Below are positions 63,268 through 64,000 of a DNA stretch of 64,000 nt, in pieces. The position numbers and the translations under genes are program-made. Source of the DNA: Octopus sinensis (taxonomy: Eukaryota); contig NC_043012.1 in the NCBI RefSeq assembly GCF_006345805.1, positions 3,410,001 to 3,474,000 on the forward strand, given 5' to 3'. Every line of letters starts with the position of its first letter. Position 1 is the stretch's first letter. The notes beneath the pieces are model-generated. The model was not told the origin of the DNA. It worked only from the letters and a program-made list of their open reading frames with translations, and searched no databases.

Positions 63268-64000
63268 AATGGTATGAAAGTAAACCAGGAGCAACTGGTA
63301 TGTTTGAAGGGAAAAGTAAAATAAAGGAACAAATAGAGATATATATTATGATATAGATGGAACTCAGCCACAATGATAATATTATATATATATATATATA
63401 TTATACACGTTATTTATATATATATATATATACATTATAATTATATATATAGTTATATATGTGTGTGTATTCTTTTATTGGTTTCAGTCATTTAACTGTG
63501 GCCATGCTGGAGCATCACATTTAGTTGAACAAATTGATCCCAGGACTTATTCTTTGTAAGCATAGTACTTATTCTATCATTCTATCAGTCTCTTTTGCCA
63601 AACCGCTAAGTTACGGGGACGAAAACACACTAATGTCAGTTGTCAAGTGAGGGTGGGGTGACAAACTCAGATACACAAACATATATATACATATATATAT
63701 ATATATATCATCACCATCGTTTAACGTCCGCTTTCCATGCTAGCATGGGTTGGACGGTTCGACCGGGGTCTGGGAAGCCAGGAGGCTACTCCAGGCCCAG
63801 TCTGATCTGGCAGTGTTTCTACAGCTGGATGCCCTTCCTAACGCTAACCACTCAGTGAGTGTAGTAGGTGTTTTTTACGTGCCACCAGCACAGGTGCCAG
63901 GCGAGGCTGGCAACGGCCACGATCGGTTGGTGCTATATATATATATATATTTTTATATATTTTTATGTATTTTTATATAATTTTTATGACGAAAAATGCG

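Overview
Repeat-dense, AT-rich eukaryotic DNA. The SINE families look like those of an octopus (cephalopod); this is an inference from recognition, not a database match. One host gene is present: the last three coding exons of Integrator subunit 14 (INTS14/VWA9) on the + strand (18760-18935, 44403-44468, 55651-55875). They are separated by 25.5 kb and 11.2 kb introns, and no further upstream exon was found in the window. The rest is mostly transposon-derived: several tRNA-headed SINE families, RTE and other LINE fragments, Penelope-like remnants, a near-complete DD34D mariner, DD37D maT remnants, hAT and piggyBac MITEs, Helitron-like ends, an intron-containing Chapaev3-like fossil, and a young gag-less Ty3/Gypsy element with a 5-bp TSD and an open pol ORF. 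The most unusual signals are: (1) hammerhead-ribozyme-like folds in INTS14 introns, a clean type I fold at 38155-38200 and an inverted twin inside a ~210-bp palindrome at 53143-53350, where both sense-strand copies carry core mutations; (2) a five-unit SINE concatemer inside a single TSD; (3) the gag-less LTR element, whose pol ORF starts from an ATG in an apparently foreign segment. Most short ORFs in the supplied track are spurious repeat translations.
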